Source of the DNA: Promethearchaeota archaeon | GTDB taxonomy: Archaea > Asgardarchaeota > Lokiarchaeia > Sigyniarchaeales > SOKP01 | Length of the DNA stretch: 46,931 bases | Assembly (NCBI GenBank): GCA_019894975.1 | Contig: JAGXNO010000029.1 | Coordinates: 1-46,931 of the forward strand | Reading direction: 5' to 3' | In this document: piece by piece, positions 1 through 10,788 of the stretch | Position numbering within the stretch: position 1 is the first letter of the stretch | How the letters are laid out: each line of letters starts with the position of its first letter | Translations under genes and position numbers: made by a program | Notes under the pieces: model-generated | Seen by the model: the letters and a program-made list of their open reading frames with translations, nothing else | Told to the model about the DNA's origin: nothing | Database searches by the model: none

Positions 1-497
<497 letters not shown>

Positions 498-519
498 TCA
501 GATTATCAGAAAGATTCCT

Positions 520-540
520 AAATAATAACTGTTATTATTT
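520..540. promoter_or_regulatory. Perfect 10-1-10 inverted repeat upstream of katG, candidate repressor operator
   Basis: AAATAATAAC-T-GTTATTATTT, about 105 bp upstream of the katG start. Confidence 0.4.
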
Positions 541-707
541 GCTTATGGTTTTTAAAAAAGATTGTGTTTTTATCTTATAATAATTACCTTTTTATAATTC
601 TTATAAGCAAAGGGATTAGAAACTGAAGCTTTAACTGCAGTTTAAATATTATAATTTCACCTGGAAAAAAACACATTTCAAAAAATAAAAAAAATGAATA
701 AGAAGTG

Positions 708-2702
708 TTATTTTAGCTTATCCTTCATTTTCATGTAGAAATCTAGCGATTCTGGGTTCCGAAGGGCACCACGGTTGGTAACTTCCATGCCATGGATGAT
801 TTTGGTAACAGCAATTTCGACTTTCTTATTACTAAAGGTATAGGGAATGCCATCGGGAGGAGCTGCATAAATGAGCTTTGGGACGTGCCTCGGAGAAGTT
901 TTTTCCCGTAAAGTTTGTCGAATTTTAGCTTGTAATTCATCAGTTAATTCATATCCTTCATTAAGTAATACAAACATAACAATTCGGATATCCCCGACGA
1001 ATTTTTGCCCGATTACTAAGGAGTCTGCTATTTCTGGTAGTTGTTCTACAACATTATAGATTTCAGCAGTCCCGATCCTCACACCACTTGGTTTAAGAAC
1101 TGCATCAGAACGCCCCCAGAAAGTTATTCCCTCAGTATCACTATGGATTACTATATAATCACCATGACGCCACACATTCTTGCCTCTGTCTTTAAAATCA
1201 TCAAAGTATGCTGCTTTATATTTTGTCATATTGGCATCATCTCCCCAGAAGTAAATAGGCATTGAAGGAGAAGGGGCTTCACATACCAATTCTGCTTGCT
1301 CATCAAGCACGGGTTCAGCATTCTCATTATAAGCTTGAATTTTCATTGCTAGTGATTTTGTTTGTATTTCACCAGAATAAACTGGAAGTATGGGTAATGC
1401 ACAAGCAAAACACCCATTAATATCGGTCCCACCACTTATTGAATTGAAAAATAGATCTTTTTTAATCTCTCGATACACATATTCAAATCCTTCAGGTGAA
1501 AGAGTAGATGCTGTTTGAGAAATTTCTCGAAGTGAACTCAAATCATATTTTTCAGGAGGTTTTGCCCCGATACCCATTAGATGATGAATGTACGATGCAC
1601 TCGTCCCAAATATGGAAATTTTGTATTTTTCTATTAGCTCAAACATCCGAAGAGGTTCAGGATAGAGAGGATTTCCATCATAGAGGAATATTGTTGCCCC
1701 TACGGCTAGTGAACTTATCAGCCAATTCCACATCATCCAACTAGGAGCAGTAATATAATTTATTACATCTGAGCGCTTGAGATCAGTTGCTAATATTAAT
1801 TCCTTAAGATGATTAATTAATACACCTCCAGCACCTTGAACCATACATTTTGGTTTCCCGGTTGTACCACTTGAAAACATGACATAAACTGGATGATCAA
1901 AGGGTAATTGCTCAAAATCGAGTTTAGGATTCTCTTCCTTTGAAATAAAATTATCCCAGTGAACGGCTTTAGGAATGCTACTTATATCTGGTTTTCCTTC
2001 CGAAACATAGGATACAACGACAACCTTTTCAATTGAAGGAATTGCATTTACTACTTCTTTAATGTTATCTGTGATCTCAAATACGTTATCCCTATAGTAA
2101 TAACCATCCACGGTGAATAGTACTTTAGGTTCAATTTGCCCAAAACGGTCAATTACGGCACTTGCTTGCAATTCAGCACCACAAGAAGCCCAAACAGCAC
2201 CTATGGCAGTTGCGGCTAACATTGCAGTCGGAGTTTCAATTAAATTTGGAATATATGATACAACTCTGTCTCCAACTTTCACCCCTATTTCACGGAGAGA
2301 TTTTGCTAATCGAGCAACTTGTTTGTTTAAATTTTTATATGTAATTATTTCGGTTTTTTTTGATTCCCCTTGAAAAATAAAAGCGAACTGATTATCTTTA
2401 TGTTTTAAGAGATTTTCAGCAAAATTAAGTTTTGCTCCAGGAAACCACTTAGTACCAGGAAATACATTTAAATCCTCAACGACCTTATCGTATTTCTGTG
2501 AAGCGATTACATTTCCAAAGTCCCACATTGCTGCCCAAAAATCTTCAATACTGTCGATTGACCATTGATATAATTCTTTGGCATCCTTAATGTTCTTTTT
2601 ATATTGTTTGTTAACATGCTCAATGAAATGTGTTACTTCAGCATTTTTTATCCATTTTTTGGAAGGTTCCCAGAGCTTTTTTCTTTCATCACTCATTATC
2701 AA
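708..2702 (-). CDS. Acetoacetate-CoA ligase (AMP-forming acyl-CoA synthetase family)
   Basis: FSSGTTGKPKCMVQGAGG AMP-binding motif, SISGGTD, GRSDAVLKPSGVRIGTAEIY, NKKVE. The real start is probably ATG of MSDER (2696). Confidence 0.9.
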   Translation of the reverse strand: MIMSDERKKLWEPSKKWIKNAEVTHFIEHVNKQYKKNIKDAKELYQWSIDSIEDFWAAMWDFGNVIASQKYDKVVEDLNVFPGTKWFPGAKLNFAENLLKHKDNQFAFIFQGESKKTEIITYKNLNKQVARLAKSLREIGVKVGDRVVSYIPNLIETPTAMLAATAIGAVWASCGAELQASAVIDRFGQIEPKVLFTVDGYYYRDNVFEITDNIKEVVNAIPSIEKVVVVSYVSEGKPDISSIPKAVHWDNFISKEENPKLDFEQLPFDHPVYVMFSSGTTGKPKCMVQGAGGVLINHLKELILATDLKRSDVINYITAPSWMMWNWLISSLAVGATIFLYDGNPLYPEPLRMFELIEKYKISIFGTSASYIHHLMGIGAKPPEKYDLSSLREISQTASTLSPEGFEYVYREIKKDLFFNSISGGTDINGCFACALPILPVYSGEIQTKSLAMKIQAYNENAEPVLDEQAELVCEAPSPSMPIYFWGDDANMTKYKAAYFDDFKDRGKNVWRHGDYIVIHSDTEGITFWGRSDAVLKPSGVRIGTAEIYNVVEQLPEIADSLVIGQKFVGDIRIVMFVLLNEGYELTDELQAKIRQTLREKTSPRHVPKLIYAAPPDGIPYTFSNKKVEIAVTKIIHGMEVTNRGALRNPESLDFYMKMKDKLK

Positions 2703-2852
2703 ATTCCCAAAATTAGAATTTGTTAGTTAGATTTTGAATAATCAATATTTCTATTTATTGCTATTACCTAAAAAAATTATTGGTTGTACAATTTTTATAT
2801 GCAATCATAATTTATGATTTAAATATACAAATAATCAAAAATGTGAAGGAAA

Positions 2853-4301
2853 CTGGTAAATAGATTTAAAGAATATGCAGAAGCGGTAGAGAAGAATCAA
2901 CACAACTTAACAGAAATTAGTGATAAAATATGGGAATATGCAGAGTTGGGTTTTCAAGAATATAAATCTTCTGAACTGTTAGTAAAAACATTGGAGGAAA
3001 ACGGGTTTAATGTTGATAAGGGTGTAGCATCAATACCAACTGCATTCGTGGCTTCTTATGGTAGTGGTAAACCTACAATAGCAATCCTAGGTGAATATGA
3101 TGCATTGCCTGGATTAAGTCAGACTACAGAGGTTATAAGAAAACCCTTAATAGAAGGAGCTCCAGGTCATGGTTGTGGTCATAATCTTTTAGGGACTGCA
3201 GGATTAGGGGCTGTTTTAGCGGTGAAGGAAGCACTGGATGCAGGGGAAGTAAAGGGAACCATTAAATATTATGGGTGTCCTGCAGAAGAAGTTTTCAACA
3301 CGAAAGGTTATATGATTAATCCTGGAAATGTTTTTGAGAATATTGATATCTCTATAACATGGCATCCAGGAATAATTAATGGAGTAGCAGTTCAATCTAA
3401 TAACGCTATGAATTCTGTGTTCTTTAAGTTTTATGGGAAAACTGCACATGCCGCTGCAGACCCGTATAATGGACGAAGTGCACTAGATGCTGTAGAACTT
3501 ATGAATGTTGGTGCGAATTTCATGCGTGAACACATGATATCTGACGCTCGACTTCATTATGTAATTACTAATGGTGGTCTTGCTCCTAATGTGGTTCCAG
3601 ATAAAGCTGAAGTACATTATTTTGTAAGATCTCCTGAACGTTATCAAGTTGATGAACTATATAATCGATTAATAAATGTAGCTAAGGGTGCTGTTCTAAT
3701 GACCGAAACGCGTTTAGAAGTTGATTTCATTAGTGGGACCTATAATCCTGTCCGTAATGATGTTGTAAATAATGTAATTTATGAAAAAATGAAAGATTTA
3801 GGTCCACCATTATTTAGTAAAGAAGAACAAAGTTTTGCTAAAGAATTAAAGAAAACTGTTCCACCACCGGATTTCACAGGAATGAAGAAAATTGTCCCTC
3901 CCGATAAATGGGAAAAGGCAATAGAGAACCTTAAAAGACCATTGTTTCCCGTCGTATCTCCTCCTTTAGGAAAAGGAACTGTCGCAGCAGGTTCTACTGA
4001 TGTAGGAGACGTATCTTGGTATACCCCTTTGGGAGAATTTGGTACGGCGTGCCATATAAACGGATCTCCAGGGCATTCATGGCAAAATGTGGTGACTTCT
4101 GGAATGAGTATAGGTCACAAAGGCATGATTAAAGCGGCTCAGATCATTTGTTTAACAACTTTAGAATTTTTGAATAATCCAGAATTAGTAAAAAATGCTC
4201 GTAAAGAATTTGATAATACGTTCAAAGATAAAAAGTATATTTCTCCTTTCCAAGAAGGTTACAAACTGCCCTTACAACGCTTAACAAAAAAAAAGAGTTG
4301 A
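2853..4301 (+). CDS. M20 amidohydrolase, AbgB (aminobenzoyl-glutamate hydrolase subunit B)-like
   Basis: GEYDALPG, GHGCGHN, GCPAEE, WHP, GSTDVGDVSW and HSWQ motifs. The frame is open upstream of the track start (2946) and gives ...ISDKIWEYAELGFQE, the conserved family N-terminus. The only plausible start is CTG at 2853. Confidence 0.88.
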   Translation: MVNRFKEYAEAVEKNQHNLTEISDKIWEYAELGFQEYKSSELLVKTLEENGFNVDKGVASIPTAFVASYGSGKPTIAILGEYDALPGLSQTTEVIRKPLIEGAPGHGCGHNLLGTAGLGAVLAVKEALDAGEVKGTIKYYGCPAEEVFNTKGYMINPGNVFENIDISITWHPGIINGVAVQSNNAMNSVFFKFYGKTAHAAADPYNGRSALDAVELMNVGANFMREHMISDARLHYVITNGGLAPNVVPDKAEVHYFVRSPERYQVDELYNRLINVAKGAVLMTETRLEVDFISGTYNPVRNDVVNNVIYEKMKDLGPPLFSKEEQSFAKELKKTVPPPDFTGMKKIVPPDKWEKAIENLKRPLFPVVSPPLGKGTVAAGSTDVGDVSWYTPLGEFGTACHINGSPGHSWQNVVTSGMSIGHKGMIKAAQIICLTTLEFLNNPELVKNARKEFDNTFKDKKYISPFQEGYKLPLQRLTKKKS

Positions 4302-4495
4302 TTAATATAAAAGATAAAGATAAAGAAAAGACTGAAAAGGAAGAGCATTCGGCTGAAGAAGTTGCTAAAGCTATGATTGAAAATATGATAGCAAATATGA
4401 AAAATCCCAATTTTTTGGATGAAAAGGAAGAGAGACTCCAAAAAGCTGCTAATGAGGTCATTAAAAAACGGAAGGAGAGAGAAAGAAGCGCTTAA
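4298..4495 (+). CDS. Small charged helical hypothetical protein
   Basis: 65 aa, E/K-rich; TTG start overlaps the upstream TGA stop (TTGA). Confidence 0.5.
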   Translation: MINIKDKDKEKTEKEEHSAEEVAKAMIENMIANMKNPNFLDEKEERLQKAANEVIKKRKERERSA

Positions 4496-4517
4496 TTTAA
4501 ATTAAAGTTGTCCTATT

Positions 4518-6008
4518 TTAAGAATAAATCTTCTTTTTATACTTATAATCTACATATTCACAGACTTTCGCTAGTGCATTTACAGGTCTATCCCATAATG
4601 TAAATAGTAATGCCCCATTATTCCTGAGTCGTTTAGACCATGGACTTGTAAAGCTCATTGGATTCACATATAAGATTGGGATAGAATATTTTTCTGAATT
4701 TTTCATAGTAGGTACTAATAAGTTATGGGCTAGGGAATCCATAACTTCAGAAGGTTGATGCTGAAAATCTGCATGTTTAGCAATCTTTTCATTTTTAAGA
4801 TAGTCATCTAAAACATCTTGAAATCCGACAACTCCATACTGAATAATCATATCAATCTCACCAGACTTCATAAGAATTTCAGGTATATTTATGTAGAAAT
4901 AAGGTAAATTCATATCAAAAGCGCAATCTACTGGATTTCTTGCACTGGCATTTGAAGGTAAGAGCTCCATCAATTGAGTTTGAAGGGATTCTGATAACTC
5001 TGGTACAATTAAACCTTTTTTCTCTGCGTTGTTCGCTGCCATCGCTCCTGGTCCACCTGAGTTTGTTATAATACCAAGTCTATTTCCTTTAGGTAGAATA
5101 CCTCTAGACAATATCAATGCAATATCTAAAAATTCTTGAACGTAGTCAGTTTGAATAATTCCTGTCTCCTTAAATACTGCATTATAGATATTTGCGTTAC
5201 CTGCTAATGATCCAGTATGACTTCCAAGAGCTCGATTTCCTGCTTCAGAACCCCCAACATATATACCGATAATAGGCTTTTTCCGTGTAATCTCTGTTGC
5301 TAATTCTAAGAATTTTTTTCCTCGTTTTAATTCCTCAATATACAACCCAATCACACCTGTATCCTTATCATCTTTGAAATATTCTAAACAATCGACTATA
5401 TCAATATTTGCTTCATTTCCAACTGAAATGGACTTAGATAAACCTACATCTATACTATTTGGGTCAAACCAAATGTGACTTGAAAGGGTGCCACTTTGGG
5501 AAGCGATTGAAAATTTATCTCTTTTTATATGTTCCCATATAGATGTATTAAATGCGATGTTCTCTTCTTTTTTTCCATACCAGTTATTAAATACACCTAA
5601 ACAGTTGGGTCCAATAAATCTTATGCCAAATTGTTCTGATATATGATTTATATCTTCAGTAAGTGTGTTCTCACGACCCCCTTCTAATTCCCGGAATCCT
5701 CCAGAAATTACAATTATTCTTTTTACTCCTTTTTCTCCACATTCTTTAAAGATTTGCGGAACAAGTTTTGCAGATAAAACAATTATTGCAAGTTCTGGTA
5801 TTTTTGGTACTTCTGCTATTGATTTATAAGCTTTATATCCCATTACTGAGTCTAATTTTAAATGAATAGGAAATATATTTCCATCATAATTGCTCTTAAT
5901 CAGATTCATAATTAGTATAGCTGCTAAAGAACTCCCTTTATTATTTGCACCAAAAAATGCAACACTTTTAGGATTTAAAAATCCATGTAGAAAGTGATTT
6001 TCACTCAT
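4518..6008 (-). CDS. acdA: Acyl/acetate-CoA ligase (ADP-forming) alpha subunit
   Basis: PKSVAFFGA CoA-binding domain, GPNCLG, SQSG, SVGNEA, SHTGSLAG (phospho-His), TNSGG, NPVD. Confidence 0.88.
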   Translation of the reverse strand: MSENHFLHGFLNPKSVAFFGANNKGSSLAAILIMNLIKSNYDGNIFPIHLKLDSVMGYKAYKSIAEVPKIPELAIIVLSAKLVPQIFKECGEKGVKRIIVISGGFRELEGGRENTLTEDINHISEQFGIRFIGPNCLGVFNNWYGKKEENIAFNTSIWEHIKRDKFSIASQSGTLSSHIWFDPNSIDVGLSKSISVGNEANIDIVDCLEYFKDDKDTGVIGLYIEELKRGKKFLELATEITRKKPIIGIYVGGSEAGNRALGSHTGSLAGNANIYNAVFKETGIIQTDYVQEFLDIALILSRGILPKGNRLGIITNSGGPGAMAANNAEKKGLIVPELSESLQTQLMELLPSNASARNPVDCAFDMNLPYFYINIPEILMKSGEIDMIIQYGVVGFQDVLDDYLKNEKIAKHADFQHQPSEVMDSLAHNLLVPTMKNSEKYSIPILYVNPMSFTSPWSKRLRNNGALLFTLWDRPVNALAKVCEYVDYKYKKKIYS

Positions 6009-6074
6009 TATATTAACCTATAACAGAAAATATTACATAATTTTAAAACCTAAATTAAAAAAAGAAAAGATATC

Positions 6075-6173
6075 TCAGAAAAAAGATTTAGCAATATCGT
6101 CTAAGATTGTATCCTTAAGTAACTCTGATATCATATCATCATGCATTAGATGAGCATGTGCATTAATTATCAT
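6075..6173 (-). pseudogene. 32-codon remnant of an amidohydrolase-family gene (N- and C-termini fused)
   Basis: Manual translation MIINAHAHLMHDDMISELLKDTILDDIAKSFF*: an HxH N-terminus followed by a typical C-terminal helix. Confidence 0.5.
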
Positions 6174-6287
6174 AGCATTTCGATTTTATTTTTTAAATTT
6201 GGATAATAGTGTTTATTTATAGTTCTAAGTATATGAATTTTAATATTTAATAAGATTATACTATTTAATTAACTAAAAACGAGGTAA

Positions 6288-6575
6288 ATGAATATGAGTG
6301 AAGAAGGAGATGAAAGAAAAAATATCGTTGATAAGATTAACAATGCCTTCACAGATTTTGTTGGGAATGTTTTCGGAGAATCTGGTAAAGATTTTATTGA
6401 GGAAACTGCTGAAAAAGTAAAAGAATTTTCAAGTGAAGCGATTAATAAATTCATAGAATTTTCTGATTCTGTCTTTAAAGAAAATGAACAGTATATTAAA
6501 GCTCGAGATAGTATAGAGGATGTATTAAAGCAAACTGGCTTTCTTAAAGAAAGCGAAGAAGAAGAAGAGTTTTAA
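6288..6575 (+). CDS. Small acidic amphipathic-helical hypothetical protein
   Basis: 95 aa ORF, GAGGT SD-like element upstream, acidic tail ESEEEEEF; start may be 6294. Confidence 0.75.
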   Translation: MNMSEEGDERKNIVDKINNAFTDFVGNVFGESGKDFIEETAEKVKEFSSEAINKFIEFSDSVFKENEQYIKARDSIEDVLKQTGFLKESEEEEEF

Positions 6576-6648
6576 TATAGGAAGTTATTTTGAAATTAGT
6601 TTATTATTTTATTCTTATTTATTTTTTAAAAGTAGATTTATTTTAATC

Positions 6649-6897
6649 TTATTTTAGCACATTCGCATTTTTTAAGAAAGATTTGATTTCATCCTGAGTC
6701 GCATTGAATAATTCTGATATAACCATTAAAGATGTCGTACTATCCATGCCTAAGCCGACATAATCCTTATAGAGCTTTATCCACGTTTCCTTTTGTGAAT
6801 ACTTTTCGGGATGTTCAGCTTGAACATGAGCCCAATAAGGATGTTCTAACGCAATACCGCAATATGGGCAAAACCTAGATTCTTCTTCATCACTCAT
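6649..6897 (-). CDS. Small C2H2-type zinc-finger protein
   Basis: CPYC-x10-H-x4-H (FCPYCGIALEHPYWAHVQAEHPE) followed by a helical domain. Confidence 0.75.
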   Translation of the reverse strand: MSDEEESRFCPYCGIALEHPYWAHVQAEHPEKYSQKETWIKLYKDYVGLGMDSTTSLMVISELFNATQDEIKSFLKNANVLK

Positions 6898-7014
6898 AAT
6901 TTTGTACCACTTTTCTTAAAAAATAATCTTCTGAATAATTGTAATATACCATTATTAGTATAAAAAATTTTTAATTTCAAAAAGAAACTAAGATTGAAAA
7001 AATTAATTAAAAAA

Positions 7015-7533
7015 TCATTCCCATTTTTCTTTTAATTCTTCTTGAGTTAATTTTCTTATATTATCCACAGCCCACACAACAAAGCTATAACAAGTTTTCT
7101 GCCAAACTTCATTTTGCCCATATTGTAAATAGTTTTCTGGTTTACTTAAGTCATAACCGCATAGTTCAGAACATACAACGCTTCCAAATTGTTTTTCAAA
7201 TTCAGAACAATATTTAGCTGCCCTGAAATAGGCTAAGTTCATCGTTTGATCATCCATTAATTTTTTACCACCCATGATGGCACCAATAGCAGCACAAGCT
7301 CCTGCTACCGCCCCACAAGCTCCCATCCATCCTTTTTTTGACTTATACCCTCCAAAACCTCCAGCAAATGGTTTAATCATATTGTGAAACATATAGTTGT
7401 CAACGTCAAGAACCTCTAAGACACTTGTTAACGTTAATTCAGCACAGTTTCTACTACCTTTCATATTAGGCAATTCCTTCTCTAATTCCTTAATCTTTTC
7501 ATCAAATCTAGATTGTAAATCATTTTTTACCAT
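7015..7533 (-). CDS. C_GCAxxG_C_C family putative redox protein
   Basis: NCAE...GACGAVAG...VVCSEL...TCY motif set. Confidence 0.85.
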   Translation of the reverse strand: MVKNDLQSRFDEKIKELEKELPNMKGSRNCAELTLTSVLEVLDVDNYMFHNMIKPFAGGFGGYKSKKGWMGACGAVAGACAAIGAIMGGKKLMDDQTMNLAYFRAAKYCSEFEKQFGSVVCSELCGYDLSKPENYLQYGQNEVWQKTCYSFVVWAVDNIRKLTQEELKEKWE

Positions 7534-7569
7534 TTTTTTTCTCCTTGGTTTGTTTTTAAATGAAAGAGA

Positions 7570-8082
7570 TTATTCAGGGGTGAACCCTGCTTCTAAAATT
7601 ATCTCAGTAGCCAGCCTAGAAATATTTCCTACAAGTTTTGAGCAATGTTCCATCATACCAGATTGGAAGGCTGCTTTTAAATCCTCAGGATCCCATAGAT
7701 TATAAGTTCTACCTAAAAGCGATTCTTGAACATCGTGGCATCTACAAGAACCATAATCCTCAAGATAACTATCATGTAATTTTTTAACAAGCCTATACGA
7801 TTCCATAGGTTTATACATGTCCCCAAAATCTTTATATTCTCTTCCAAATAGATAACTGATTACCATAGAAGCCCCTATAAATGCTCCACAAGAACCATCT
7901 CCAGTGAGGCCTAAACCATCTGCAAGTCCGCTTCCCGCTTTAAATACATCGTCATTCCATACTCCTATTGCCTGAAATATAGCCGCTATTGTAGATTGAG
8001 CACAACCAGTATATTTTTGCTCAAATTTCTGGCCTAGTTCAGAGGCTTTTAATAAGATTTTTTCTTTTGAATTGGGTATCAT
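7570..8082 (-). CDS. C_GCAxxG_C_C family putative redox protein
   Basis: GCAQS...GSCGAFIG...CRCHDV...HCS motif set. Confidence 0.85.
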   Translation of the reverse strand: MIPNSKEKILLKASELGQKFEQKYTGCAQSTIAAIFQAIGVWNDDVFKAGSGLADGLGLTGDGSCGAFIGASMVISYLFGREYKDFGDMYKPMESYRLVKKLHDSYLEDYGSCRCHDVQESLLGRTYNLWDPEDLKAAFQSGMMEHCSKLVGNISRLATEIILEAGFTPE

Positions 8083-8139
8083 GATATTTTTTAATTCTTT
8101 AATTAGTAGCTTCTAATGAATTAAATAAAATATAAAGTT

Positions 8140-9363
8140 TTAAATATCTATTTCTTTTATGAGTAATACATCTTTTCCTGCGAGATCCTTTCCACAATAT
8201 TTAGCATATTTATCAAAAAATCCCATTGGATCTAATATTGCTTCCTCAGGAGTAAGAACACCCTTTTCTGTAATTTCACCACTGAGAACCATATTTACTG
8301 CTATAGCGAGGGGAATTGATGTTACTCCCGCCATTCCTCCAAAAGGTACTCGATTGTTACCGATTGCAATTTTTAGAGGTTTTCCATCTTTAACACCTGT
8401 CACTATTACAGTTAATCCAGGAGGAGTACCAACATATTCCTTAATGAATTCTCCGTCTCTACTTATATCCCTAATTTCTTCTTCAAATTTAATTGTGGCC
8501 TCATTCAAAGTTAACTCCTTATTAGATATCTTTTGAGTATAACTGCGAATTATATTAGTTATTGTATTCCCCATATACATCAGATTCGAAACTGAATTTG
8601 CTTTTATAACTCTTGGTAAAGTAACAGGTTCAGGATGTCCGATATGACAAACGTAAGTCTCTTTAAATCCTGGAAAATTAAGTGGTTCTGCGTCAGAAAG
8701 AGGTTTAATATTAATATATTTACCACCCCGATATGTTGGCATTTCTTCCAAAGTTTCATAAAATAAGTGCATAGTAGCAGCATTAGCAACTGCAGGCATA
8801 TCCTTAAATTTTCTATAAAATTTTCTTGGTTCAACATAATATTTTGGTTTACTCCCGATCCTTTCCCCTGCACCATATCCCCATGCAGTTATAAGATCAT
8901 CAACTTTATCAAGTTTAGAACACGCCATAACAGCCATTAGGTTTGTAATTCCCGGACTTGAGCCAATTCCAATAACTGCTGTGATTCCTGCTTTTTTTGC
9001 TCTTTCATCCATTTCAAGCAAATCTAAAGTCGGTTTCCAATCATCACATATATCTACATATGGTTTTTTAGCATTTAAAACAGCATCGAGTATCATAGAT
9101 GCAAATTTGTAGTATGGTCCCACTGTGTTCATTACAAGGTCATGTGACGAGATTAAATTAATAAGGTTGTCCCTTGCGGTAACATCTATCTGTGCTGCTT
9201 TTAATTTATCAGAGCCAATTAGATCTACAAGGTGATTTGCTCGTTCATAATCTTTATCTGCTACAGTAATATTTGTTATGTTTGGAGATTCGAGGAGTAT
9301 AGCTATAGCCATTCTTCCCATATCCCCCGATCCACCCAATGCTAATACCTTCATAGTTATCAT
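8140..9363 (-). CDS. Saccharopine dehydrogenase-like NAD(P)-binding oxidoreductase
   Basis: VLALGGSGDMG Rossmann motif, NTVGPYY, YVDICDD, GSSPGITN, GHPEP, GVLTPE. Confidence 0.85.
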   Translation of the reverse strand: MITMKVLALGGSGDMGRMAIAILLESPNITNITVADKDYERANHLVDLIGSDKLKAAQIDVTARDNLINLISSHDLVMNTVGPYYKFASMILDAVLNAKKPYVDICDDWKPTLDLLEMDERAKKAGITAVIGIGSSPGITNLMAVMACSKLDKVDDLITAWGYGAGERIGSKPKYYVEPRKFYRKFKDMPAVANAATMHLFYETLEEMPTYRGGKYINIKPLSDAEPLNFPGFKETYVCHIGHPEPVTLPRVIKANSVSNLMYMGNTITNIIRSYTQKISNKELTLNEATIKFEEEIRDISRDGEFIKEYVGTPPGLTVIVTGVKDGKPLKIAIGNNRVPFGGMAGVTSIPLAIAVNMVLSGEITEKGVLTPEEAILDPMGFFDKYAKYCGKDLAGKDVLLIKEIDI

Positions 9364-9468
9364 CTATTTTGTAATTCAATTTCAATATTGGTTAAGCATG
9401 TATAAAAATATATATTAATTGAAACACATTAAGTAATAATTATATCATTAGTAAAGGGAATATATTCA

Positions 9469-10776
9469 ATGTCAAGAAGAGATATAGCATGGTATGAAAA
9501 TGATATGCTTAAGGATATGTATATCAAAGCTGGCTCAAATGCTTTTAGAGGTTATCATTCACCTATAATAAGTCCCAAAACTACTTTTGTTGGTACTAAT
9601 AGTTTGAATGATTTTATTAATCACATCTCTGCTTATTTATCTGATAATGAACGACGGGTTTTAATTGTGGTTGATAAAGATCTGCATAAGCTAGGAGAGA
9701 GAGTTGCTATTAGACTTAAACAAAGAAATATTGACTCAAGATTTTATGATAATGTGCTTCCTGACGTACCTAGACATACAATACTTGAAGGAGCTAAGGC
9801 TTGTGAAGAATATGATCCAAAAGTTATTTTAGCTGTAGGAGGGGGATCTGCTATGGATACAGCAAAGCTAATTCTGCTATTTTATGAAAAACCTGAAATA
9901 AATATCAATAATATGAGTGCCCCATTTTATGCGGGACTACGGAAAAAAGTCAATATTCTAGCAGCAATACCCACTACTTCGGGGACTGGAGCAGAAACAA
10001 CTTTTATAGCAGTTGTGACAGATACAGATAGAGATCCACCGAAAAAAACAGAAGTTGTACTCTACGAATTTTGCCCGGATTTTGTAGTGCTTCATCCGGA
10101 TTTTGTTAAAACAATGCCTCCTGCTCTAACTATGGGAACAGGTATGGACGCTCTTGCCCACTCTATGGGTTCTTATATGCTTACGATGAGTACACTTTTT
10201 ACAGACATGCATAATTTGAAAGCAATTGAATTGATTTTAAAGTATTTACCACGTTCTGTTAAAAGAGGTAATGACATGGAAGCTCGCGAGAAAATGCAGA
10301 TGGCTGCTTATATCGCAGGCATAGGTTTTGGTAACATTTCTGGGGGCATCGAGCATTCCTTAGGGCACTCATTTGGGGCATTGTTCCATGTTCATCACGG
10401 TGTATGTGTAGCATTGTTTTTAAGTGCATCAATTGCGTTTCAAGCAAAGGTTACTAACAGATTCTATGATCTTGCAAAAAATTTCGGAGTTAAAATTGAG
10501 AATCGAGAGCGAGACGAAATTTTAAAAGACTTACTAACGGAACTAAGGAATTTTATGCGTGAAGTAAATTGTCCACTGTCAATCACTGAACTTGACAATC
10601 CTAAAATTTCAAAGGAAGATTATTTAACCCAGCTAGATCAAATGGTTGAATTTGCCTTTAATGATTACTGCACGTTATCATCTACTCGTCGAATTAATCG
10701 TCCACAGTATAGAAAAATGTTAGAAACGGTATATGAAAATAAAATAGAGGATTTAATGGATTTATTTTATAATTAG
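9469..10776 (+). CDS. Iron-containing alcohol dehydrogenase
   Basis: AVGGGSAMDTAK, IPTTSGTGAE, DALAHS, HSLGH...HHG metal ligands. Confidence 0.92.
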   Translation: MSRRDIAWYENDMLKDMYIKAGSNAFRGYHSPIISPKTTFVGTNSLNDFINHISAYLSDNERRVLIVVDKDLHKLGERVAIRLKQRNIDSRFYDNVLPDVPRHTILEGAKACEEYDPKVILAVGGGSAMDTAKLILLFYEKPEININNMSAPFYAGLRKKVNILAAIPTTSGTGAETTFIAVVTDTDRDPPKKTEVVLYEFCPDFVVLHPDFVKTMPPALTMGTGMDALAHSMGSYMLTMSTLFTDMHNLKAIELILKYLPRSVKRGNDMEAREKMQMAAYIAGIGFGNISGGIEHSLGHSFGALFHVHHGVCVALFLSASIAFQAKVTNRFYDLAKNFGVKIENRERDEILKDLLTELRNFMREVNCPLSITELDNPKISKEDYLTQLDQMVEFAFNDYCTLSSTRRINRPQYRKMLETVYENKIEDLMDLFYN

Positions 10777-10788
10777 GAGGAGAAAATA

